The notes beneath the pieces were generated by a model. It was not told where the DNA came from. It searched no databases and was given only the letters and a program-made list of their open reading frames with translations. From assembly GCF_006345805.1 (NCBI RefSeq), contig NC_042998.1:126976001-127040000 (forward strand): a stretch of DNA of 64,000 bases. The letters run 5' to 3'. The position numbers were made by a program, and so were the translations under genes. The DNA comes from Octopus sinensis. Its lineage: Eukaryota. Of the stretch, positions 13,868 to 22,744 are shown in pieces. Each line of letters starts with the position of its first letter. The stretch's first letter is position 1.

Positions 13868-14062
13868 TTTATCTAAAATATGCGCTTATCTCTCTTACGC
13901 GTAACGTAAATAATATAAATGTTGTATCTAAATATTGTATCTGAAGTTGTTTTCGATTTTCTTCCATAATTTGTCTTACGAAATAATGTAAATGTGTGTA
14001 TAATATATTATGTTTTCAATTTCGTTCCATAGATAACGCTTTAAATACGTAGACCGTGGAAA
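13868..14062. repeat. 195-bp segment duplicated in inverted orientation at 18516-18710
   Basis: Base-by-base comparison shows about 2 mismatches in 195 bp. Confidence 0.9.
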
Positions 14063-14470
14063 AATAATTTTTTTATAGATTTAATATAAAATTCACAATG
14101 ATTCGATGTTTGTATAATATATAACAAATTATATATAATACTTTAGTGAAAATTGTATACATTTATACAAATAAAGGGACACACAGATTGTTTTATTTCA
14201 GTTATCTTTCGTTGTCTGCTTCTGACAATATCACTGATATCCATCGTTAAGCGTTTTCCGTCGGTATCGACGATGATTGTCCGTCCGTCTTTATAAAACT
14301 TTGAGTTAAATGTCAAAGTGGATCCTTCCCGTCATCTGTATTCTGACCCGAACTGTCGTGGCCAACTTGCGTGTGATCTCCATGTTGCTTTTAACAACGT
14401 CCTTATATTTCAGCCAGCGTGTACTCCTGACTTTTCTAGCCAGATGTGAACAGAATCTCTGCTCTATATT

Positions 14471-14575
14471 TTACGTTATTTACATTATTTACATTGGACG
14501 ATATGTGTCCTCATCTTGTTCGTTTTTGCCACAACGTTTCGCCTGACTTACTCTCCAGCCTTCATAAGCAGACTT
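14471..14575 (-). mobile_element. PLE-type terminal segment with degenerate minimal hammerhead, inverted relative to 14660-14958
   Basis: Minus strand reads ...CTTATGAAGGCTGGAGAGTAAGTCAGGCGAAACGTTGTGGC...GATGAGGACACATATC...AATGTAAATAATGTA, matching 14872-14958 on the plus strand. Confidence 0.6.
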
Positions 14576-14659
14576 AGCACAGATATGAGAAGAATATGGG
14601 AACCGGTATTAAGGAAGAATACAGAAATATTAGGTTTATAAGCCCTAAAATTCCCTCTA

Positions 14660-14958
14660 TGCCCACGAGCATATAGCGTAATGGTTAAGAGTGCGGGCTA
14701 CTGACCTCAAGATTCTGAGTTCAATTCCAGGCAGTGCCTTGAATAAATAATAATAATAATAATAAAAAGAAGAAGAAGAAGAATAAGAATAACAACAATA
14801 ATAATAATAGTAACATCAGCAAAAAATACCTTAGGAACGAGAACTCAGTTTTGGGTTCAAAATTCCACCAGAACACCCGATGAAGAGTAGATCAGCGGAA
14901 ACGTTGTGGTAACAACAAACGAAATGAGGACACATATCCACTAATGTAAATAATGAAC
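14660..14958 (+). mobile_element. SINE-like element: tRNA-like head, (AAT)n linker, PLE-type hammerhead-like tail
   Basis: Head GCATATAGCGTAATGGTTAAGAG...CTGAGTTCAATTCCAGG (A/B boxes), then AAT repeats, then CACCCGATGAAGAGTAGATCAGCGGAAACGTTGTG and an AATGTAAATAATG tail. Confidence 0.65.
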
Positions 14959-14999
14959 AGAATCTCTATCTGGGCATTTTTGTCCTTTTCTTTTCTTTT

Positions 15000-16200
15000 G
15001 GACATGTCAAAATATCATAGGTTTCAGTGCATCAGTATCTCTTACATTTAACTTTTTTAGGACATTGAATTCTTGTTTTGAATTGATGTTCATGGACTGA
15101 CTCAAGGTGCATTTCTAAAAATATCTGTTTGCAATATAACATTCATGACTCGGTTCTATAGAATGGGTCGAAAATAATATTACTCTGTGTACTTCACTGA
15201 ACGTGTTTACTGTTCAACAATAGTATACACATTCAGTTCAATGTGTTATGTCTCCTTGAGTGTTACAAAGAGTACGAAGCTAGAGTTCAAATGCCTAAAC
15301 TGAGTTCTTATGTCTGGGTGTAGGGACTTTATTACACAGATGAACTTTTCCGGATCTTCTTGCTAAACATGCAAGCAGTTCGCTATATCAAATATTTCCA
15401 TGAAGTCAACGGAAAGTTCATAGAGTGATTTCTGTTGCACATATTTTGCCTTGATATAACAGACGAAGAATACCATATCTAGGGGGCTTCATTCTCCTTC
15501 CGAACTCATTAATTTTAAGGCAAATCTACTGTGTTTTTCCATTTAATCCTGAATTAATTTTTATCATGTTTATTGTGCATGAGGCTGGTGCTAGCACCCT
15601 TCCAGCCCAGTTGGAGAGCAACTCTTCTGTAATACCAGGATAAATTTATCCAATATGTTTAGCTCCCCCATTTTCACAATCCGCTTGGGAATCATCGGCT
15701 CCTAGAGCATTTCTCTCAGTTATTGATCTGATTGCAACGAACGATTACTCAACACTTTGCGGATCATTTATTCGTTCTCCGACTTTGTGATATATCATAT
15801 TTCTAAGAATTTGCGCTTGATACGTTTTTGCTGCATTGAGCATTAAGTGAAAGTGCTCTACAAAACGATCAACTATTTGTTCTTTTTCCTAGAACGTTAA
15901 TAACCCATCGGCTGGCCTTAGATAAATAATACTATTTTTTAAGATCTTGCATCCATCAGTTTTGCATAGAAACCAGGTATGTCGATGAATTCATTGTAGC
16001 CTGACCATTTTGTTTTCCATCTCTTCAGCTTTCTCAAGTACGCTTATTGTTGTAGGCTCAACTTTGCTTCTCTGAATTTACAAGAAGTTGGCCAAGTGTT
16101 AGGAAGAGGGAGACATTTCTGTCAACACTGGTTAACTTCTTCTAACAATGAAGCAAGTGTTGTAACCCCACAGTCAAGTCTTACTTGATAGTTTCTTGTT
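15000..16200 (-). mobile_element. Very degenerate RTE (BovB-like) LINE
   Basis: Minus-strand remnants ADGLL..EKEQIVDRFVEHFHLMLN, NALGADD, LDMVF and VDFMEIFDIAN match RTE 'KEQILERWAEHF..LN / KAPGAD / DMIF / VDLTKAFDTV'. Confidence 0.55.
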
Positions 16201-16734
16201 TCTTAAGCACCTTTGTTTTGTTGTTATATATAGTGGTTTGGAACACAATCTTGCATTCATACTTCCTGGTTTTTATTGTGCTTCTCATTATTCTAGTGTT
16301 TCATCAAAGTACTTTTCTAGAATCACCCTTATATACTCATTCCCCAAATCTCCGTGGCGGATCAATGAGCTTCGAAATTCGGTCATATTTAGTTTAGGAG
16401 CAAATTTCATCGAAGCATTTGGTGGTCTGTGTTACACAGAGCACCGTATAGTATACACATCCTCTCTGTCCTATTACCTACGTATGTTGTAGCCCACTAG
16501 TTTCTAATAGATGTTAGTGGTTTTAGCACTGATGCATTCGGATCAATTTCCGTTTTTTTTTTCAATTAGATTGTACTATTAAGGATGACGTTTTGCTTGG
16601 ACAATAATGTGAAAACTCCTCAATTTGTGTTAGGCTTTTAACATTACGCTTGTTAGTAACACTGGGTTTCTTCTCTTTTCTAACGTGGGTATTAAAATTG
16701 TTCATTATTATCATCACTCTCTTTTTAAGGCGGT

Positions 16735-16935
16735 GAGTTGGCAGAATAGCTAGCACTCCGGGTAAAATGCTTAGCGGCCTTTCGTCCGTCTTTATGTTCT
16801 GAGATCAAATGTTGCTGGGATCGTCTTTGCCTTTCATCATTTTGAGATCGATAAAATAAATACCAGTTAAGCGCTGGGGTCGATTACATCGACTTAGCCC
16901 ATCCCTCGAATTTGCTGGCCGTGTCCTTAAATTTG
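16735..16935 (-). mobile_element. SINE family B
   Basis: This degenerate copy carries family-B blocks (AGGCGGTGAGTTGGCAGAATAGCTAGCACTCCGGG...GCCTTTCATCATTTTGAGATCGATAAAATAAATACC). Written 5'->3' these read on the plus strand as given, so the orientation is uncertain. Confidence 0.55.
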
Positions 16936-17696
16936 AAACCATAATTACATCTCTTCTCATTAAAGTACACTGTATACGATCATTTGCAGAGTACCATAGA
17001 ACTCGTTCTTTGCCATAGCACAGGGATGTAAGCACTATTGAAAGTAGCTTAAAATCCCTTTCTGACGGGGCTCTTAAACTCATTGTCCGATCATTGAAAT
17101 TACTTGCTTACTGGTCTGATTTTGCTAAAATACTTCTTTTGTGGCAATGCCAACGAAGGACACGGGACGCTGTTGCAATTTGTCCGCCTAATAATGTATA
17201 TTCCACATTCTCGATCCTGCCGTTCGGATTTCAGTATAGTAAATGCAGTGCGCCTTCCTGCCGGACCATATGTTTTCTATCTCGTACACGTTGTAACATT
17301 GAAGTAGGTCAAATAAAGGTTTGCATTATAGCAGGGTGGTAACTTTCCACTGCTGTTTGTAACAGTTAACAACTAGCACGAGCCCTAGAAACTCAGGCAG
17401 TGATTTATTCAACATAATTTTGACTAGTTAGCATTATTTCATACAACTGCTTACATATGGATTTAAGTGCGAATGTGAAACCTCTCGTGGTGGTAAGGGT
17501 GGACGGAAAATGAAGAGATCAGGTTGTGGTGGAGGGGAACGAAAATTCTACGCCGCGTATGGTAGATAGCTTTGACGGTAACTTATCTTAACTTCTAAAA
17601 GAAATCCACAGAACATTTAATAAATCAAGAGAGAGAGAGAGAGAGAGATAAAGAGAGAGAGCGATAAGAAGAGATAATGCATCTATAGCAAGAGGC

Positions 17697-17956
17697 CTAT
17701 AAAATAGAAGCTTTGATAACTAGAATCTTATGTTTCGTCAGAAATGTATATTCTGATAGTATAGGAGACCGAATTCCAATGTCTGACATTAAATCCTTTT
17801 GACTTGCTGCAAGGTAAATTTCGATAGTAAAGGGATGTGAACGATTGAATTGCCTGAATGAATTATTGGCTTTTAATTTATCGCCCACAAAAGTTTGAAA
17901 AGTATCATCAATCACCATGGATTTATCGTACAACGATAAAAGAACAAGATATGTAC
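17697..17956 (-). CDS. Candidate gene exon 4 (G-TYLVLLSLYDKSMVIDDTFQTF...IKASIL*)
   Basis: TTGCCTTTAG acceptor in phase 1, then 85 open codons in AT-rich non-repetitive DNA (ORF track 17697..17966). The four exons total 396 nt = 131 aa + stop. Confidence 0.45.
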
Positions 17957-18167
17957 CTAAAGGCAATTAATTCAAATCACTACAGATCTCGCTAGCTTAG
18001 TATTCTTACAACTTTTAATATAGGCGACACCAGTATTTACTAATAAGATTGGATTAATGAATCGAAAGAGGGAACTCTATGTAGATTTACAAGAAATAGC
18101 AGCAAAATCTATCCAGCTGGTGTATTGCTCCGAAGAAGCAGTGATTATGGCTAGGATGTAACCTCAC

Positions 18168-18222
18168 CATCGTTCTGAAAATTCAGGAATCCCAATGGTG
18201 GAGGGTATACATTAAAACTCAC
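18168..18222 (-). CDS. Candidate gene exon 3 (VSFNVYPPPLGFLNFQND, phase 0->1)
   Basis: Long pyrimidine tract CATCTTTTCTCTCAACTCACTTCTTTTCGCAG acceptor and GTGAGG donor. A paralogous copy at 21417-21471 keeps both sites. Confidence 0.5.
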
Positions 18223-18714
18223 CTGCGAAAAGAAGTGAGTTGAGAGAAAAGATGCTTTTTATATTCGACACCTGTTTCGTAATCTGTGTTAGTTAAATAA
18301 GCGACCCTCTCTCATCCTTCACACATATATAAATATACATACATACACGCATACATATGTATATACATACTTACACATAGGGGAGTACGTAATGTCTCGT
18401 TTTTGAATATAGCCGGTATGTAATTGTGCATTTGTTCCCGTATATTATGTGTTTTGCGTATAAAACATCCTGACGAGGGGAGTGTCAATTTTAAATATAT
18501 GATGTTTCATATTAATTTCCACGGTCTACGTATTTAAAGCGTTATCTATGGAACGAAATTGAAAACATAATATATTATACACACATTTACATTATTTCGT
18601 AAGACAAATTATGGAAGAAAATCGAAAACAACTTCAGATACAATATTTAGATACAACATTTATATTATTTACGTTACACGTAAGAGAGATAAGCGCATAT
18701 TTTAAATAAATAAC

Positions 18715-18985
18715 AAACTTTTACTTTTTTATTCATTTATTTATTTCATTCAGTTGACTGCGGCCATAATGGAGCACCGTCTTGGAGGAGGATCTTAGTC
18801 AAGCAACTCGACCCTAAGACATATTTCGCAGGCCTGGTACTTATTCTATCGGTCTCTGTTGCCGAACCATTAGGTTACGGGGACGTAAACACACCAATAC
18901 CGGTTGTTAAGTCGTGATGGGGGATCGTTTCAAGCAACTCCATTTAATTGAACAATGTAATCATTACATCAATGTAAATGAACTT
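18715..18985. repeat. SINE-A 3' half plus flank, duplicated nearly identically at ~22075-22340
   Basis: TTCATTCAGTTGACTGCGGCCATAATGGAGCACCGTCTTGGAGGAGG...CAAGCAACTCCATTTAATTGAACAATGTAATCATTACATCAAT is present at both positions, including non-SINE flank. Confidence 0.85.
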
Positions 18986-19158
18986 TTATGTATTTTTGTA
19001 AACTTGTATATTTATCTTCTATGTACATTTCTCTGGAATTTTAATTCGTCGTTTATTGTGTCATTGTATGTTTTATTGCCCCAAATGTTTTATTGTAACA
19101 AACTTATACTAAATGTTTTACGAGTTTAAGCGTAAATTCAAGGTGTTATATATGCAAC

Positions 19159-19159
<1 letters not shown>

Positions 19160-19189
<30 letters not shown>

Positions 19190-19283
19190 TATTATTATTC
19201 AGGTCACTGCCTGGAATCGAACTCGAAATCTTGGGGTTAGTAGCCCGCGCTCTTAACCACTACGGTATATATACCCGTGGGCA
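19160..19283 (-). mobile_element. tRNA-like head plus (AAT)n, same family as 14660
   Basis: Minus strand: CCGTAGTGGTTAAGAGCGCGGGCTACTAACCCCAAGATTTCGAGTTCGATTCCAGGCAGTGACCTGAATAATAAT. Confidence 0.75.
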
Positions 19284-19980
19284 TATGGCGTTGTCAGCCT
19301 GCCGAGACATCTTTTTTGGTTACATATCTGCCTTCCCCATCAAAGCTAAAACCGGCTACATGCAAAATTAGATCACCCGTATACACAAGAGACGTAGTGG
19401 CAGCGCCAGCCCGGGAGCACAAGTTGCACAGTTCCTTAAAATACTTGGAATCAATGGATATCAAGCGCTCTGTATCCTACACGAATACAATCCAAATAAA
19501 CGTAGCAAGAGAAATCTATCTAGGATCTACTTTCTGAGGATTCCCCACTTTAGTGAAAATACCACCTCTGCCACTCGCAAGGCAATCCGCCGGGAAGACA
19601 TCAACATTCTGTTAGCTCACTCGGGACCGTCCTTGCGTAGATACTTTCAACGAGGAGGTTAAATGCCGAGTCGTAGCCCTGCACATTGGTAAACTGTCTT
19701 ATACGTGACAAAAACAAATGTCTACGTGCATACGCGGTGTACAAGATACGGTGCTCCAAATGCAGCAACTACTACACCGATAGTACGGTCTGACCGCTCT
19801 ACGTCCCACTGAAGGAGCACCTGACTACCAACGCGTCTTCTTTCCGCAAGCACTTAACCAAATGCGGCAACACCACCAAGGAGACAGACGTATCCATACT
19901 GGCCTCAGAGAGGACTACAGGAAATCTCCATATAAAGGAATCCGTACTGAGGCACCGACTTAATCCGAAATCAATTGTCG
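19284..19980 (+). mobile_element. Penelope-like element fragment (RT C-terminus, linker, GIY-YIG endonuclease), disrupted
   Basis: ISAFPIKAKTGYMQN*ITRIHKR...QVAQFLKILGINGY...YFLRIPHFSENTTSATRKAIRRED, then AVYKIRCSKCSNYYTDSTV*PLYVPLKEHLTTNASSFRKHLTKC...GNLHIKES (GIY-YIG-type VYKIxC..C...Y.GST.R.L..R.KEH). Confidence 0.8.
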
Positions 19981-21161
19981 ATTGCAGTTGGGCCTGTGAA
20001 AACTATAAAAATACTACAAAACACTACCCGTATCATTGCGGCCATCGCCAACTTTATAATCATTACGCTGGGGATTAGAACACTGTTACCTACCTACCAG
20101 CACCATATTCGCCGCTACAAATACTCTGCTAACCTACAACCGGTCTTCACCGTCCCCTACACAATCGTTCCCAATGTGACCTCTCCAGCACCAACAACAA
20201 CAGCATTTGAGGATCTGATGCTACCAACACAAACACCGGACTATCCAAAATGGCAGGATCTATGTAAATACACATTTCTTTGACTGTTTTCGTTCTTGCG
20301 CCCGAAATATAAAGGATTTTGAACTTTGCGCATTGTTAGAAGTTTTCTTTATTTCTCATTTCATTCAATATTCTACTTCTGTACTGCAATGCTTGAAGCG
20401 AACTACAACACTCTTCAGAAATATAAGAGAAATACATAAACAAATAGTTAAAATACAAAGTATGGTGGGGGGGGGGGATGAATGCGAGTTAGAGATAAAG
20501 AGGAATATAAAGACAGGAAGCATGGTTTGTTAAGGAGAATGGTATTTGTTTTAGTACGGAAATTTAGGTGCATAGCTGAGCGGCCTAAAGTATAGAAATA
20601 TCCCGCTCGACTGATTTAGAAGTGGTTGATATATTATTCTGAAACCATTGATAACGGCACCAACATACACACGTACACATAGGAATTTTGTCAGACATAT
20701 TCATGCACATAAATTCACATGCACACGTTCACACGCACACCAGGTCGTGCACATAATGTATTCAAGCCAAAATAGCAGAAGTTCCACATTTTGTTTACTT
20801 GTTCAATCCAGTCTATACACGCATACATACACAAATAATATTCACAAACACACATACATACTTCAATTCGTACTGTGTCAAGCTATCCTATTATCAATCT
20901 TGAGAATTAAGATATACTGTACTCCAGGTAAAGTTACACATTATGTAAATGGAAACAAACTAGATGCTTAGGATAAAATATAATGGAACGTAAATGAAGA
21001 AAATATACAATGAAACACATCATACGCACACATACTTACTGTCAAATTCCATTCTACATATCCATTAATTATTTTCATTAAAGTTCACAATTTATATGAG
21101 CTTTAAAACTCAGATCTGAATTCCAACTAAACTTCCTTATTAATATTTCATATTTTCTTAC

Positions 21162-21202
21162 ATTTGCTTCTGTTCCTTTAACTGAATATATCACCAATAA
21201 TA
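21162..21202 (-). CDS. Candidate gene exon 2 ((V)LLVIYSVKGTEAN, phase 1->0)
   Basis: TTTACAG acceptor and GTAAGA donor. Completes a signal-peptide-like segment in frame with exon 1. Confidence 0.45.
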
Positions 21203-21416
21203 CTGTAAATTTAATAATACCATCTCAACAAGGAAAGCTCACTAATCTCCATACTCTTTACAGAAAAAACAAATGTGTGCGTATGTGTGCGCGTGTGTGC
21301 GCGATGTATATTATTATGTATCGTTTAAATTGTTTAAAACAGAGCACAGACAGAGTGGAGCACATCATTGAAGGATTTACTCAATCAAGTTGACGCCGAT
21401 ATGTATGTAACCTCAC

Positions 21417-21471
21417 CATCGTTCTGAAAATTCAGAAAGCGCAATGGTGGAGGGTATACGTTAAAACTCAT
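21417..21471 (-). pseudogene. Duplicated copy of candidate exon 3 (MSFNVYPPPLRFLNFQND) inside intron 1
   Basis: About 88% identical to 18157-18330 over ~170 bp with splice sites retained. Splicing after exon 1 (phase 1) gives GAT GAG TTT TAA, so it is probably a pseudo-exon. Confidence 0.4.
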
Positions 21472-21694
21472 CTGCGAAGAGAAGTGAATTGAGAGAAAAG
21501 ATGCTTTTCATATTCGACATCTGCTTCGTAATCTGTGTTAGTTAACTAAGCGACCCTCCCTCATCCGGCACACATATATAAATATACAAAGATACATACA
21601 TACATGCATGCATGCATAAATACATACATATATTCCGATAAGGATGCCTCCAGAATACTGAAACTTTCAGTGACATGGTCCAACACACGGACTT

Positions 21695-21808
21695 CCAATC
21701 GCACAAGTTGCACAGTTCCTTAAGATACTTGAAATCAGCGTGATATCAAGCGCCCGCCACAATCATACTACAAGAATACAAACCACATAAACGTGGCAAA
21801 AGTAATCT
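21695..21808 (+). mobile_element. Short PLE fragment homologous to 19418-19515
   Basis: CACAAGTTGCACAGTTCCTTAA(G/A)ATACTTG shared between the two positions. Confidence 0.6.
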
Positions 21809-22046
21809 CTAATCTCCACTCTCTTTACGGAAAAAAAAAGTATGTGCGTGTTTGCGCGATGTCTGTAGTTATGAATTATTTAAATTGCTTAAATTGCTTA
21901 AAATAGATACAGCACTGAAGGTTTTACTCATTCAAGTTGGCACCGATATATATTTTACAACTGTTGTTTATTTTATCGTGTTCTTTAACCCAATCGCCAT
22001 ATTACGAGAACGTTAACAAATCAATACTGGTATTAAACAGTAAGAA

Positions 22047-22078
<32 letters not shown>

Positions 22079-22418
22079 TCTTTTACTCTTTTATTCATTT
22101 ATTTATTTCATTCAGTTGACTGCGGCCATAATGGAGCACCGTCTTGGAGGAGGATTTTAGTCAAGCAACTCGACCCTAAGACATATTTCGCAGGCCTGGT
22201 ACTTATTCTATCGGTCTCTGTTGCCGAACCATTAGGTTACGGGGACGTAAACACACCAATACCGGTTGTTAAGTCGTGATGGGGGATCGTTTCAAGCAAC
22301 TCCATTTAATTGAACAATGTAATCATTACATCAATTTAAATGCAGAGCAATCCTCAGCTGCGTAAATACATAGAATTTAAGTAAATTCAAACAGATGGAT
22401 ACATTAGTGTGATTTTAC

Positions 22419-22458
22419 CTAAAATCTCGAAGAAGGTAAGGAGATAGAGAAAGAACAT
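22419..22458 (-). CDS. Candidate secreted-protein gene, exon 1 (MFFLYLLTFFEIL, phase 1)
   Basis: AGT-ATG start (A at -3), hydrophobic codons, AG|GTAAAA donor. Assembled by hand; no transcript evidence. Confidence 0.45.
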
Positions 22459-22744
22459 ACTGCCTTCACTTAAGTTTAGAAGATACTAAGGTATCAGGAA
22501 GAGAGACTCGTTACAGATTTTGCTTGTCACTATTTTATGGGGTCATTTTTAATTTATAGATTAGTTTTATCAAATCTTTGTATATCTAAGGCACGAAAGA
22601 ACAAGGAGTAGTGTCTGTTAGGAATGAGGGAGTCGACAGAAATCATATAAATGTGCTAAGTGAGCTTATATTTAAAAATTCGATGAATCATATTTAAAAA
22701 ATTTTCACAAACTTATTTTCACAAAATATGATTGGAAGACCAGC

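Noticed and set aside
14667-14742. tRNA gene with anticodon ACT (also 19200-19275)
   Set aside because: Acceptor stem is poor and the head is followed by (AAT)n and a repeat tail, so it is treated as a SINE/PLE head rather than a functional tRNA.
16955-17020. Plus-strand exon-like segment (AAG...GTAAGC) encoding YTVYDHLQSTIELVLCHSTG
   Set aside because: Isolated, with no partner exons and antisense to the better-supported model; likely chance in AT-rich DNA.
18010-18039. 30-nt symmetric mini-exon (VNTGVAYIKS) between candidate exons 3 and 4
   Set aside because: The downstream intron would be only ~53 nt. It is kept out of the gene model unless RNA-seq supports it.
21960-22030. Exon-like segment with CAG/GTAAAA on the minus strand
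   Set aside because: Stops in all three frames.
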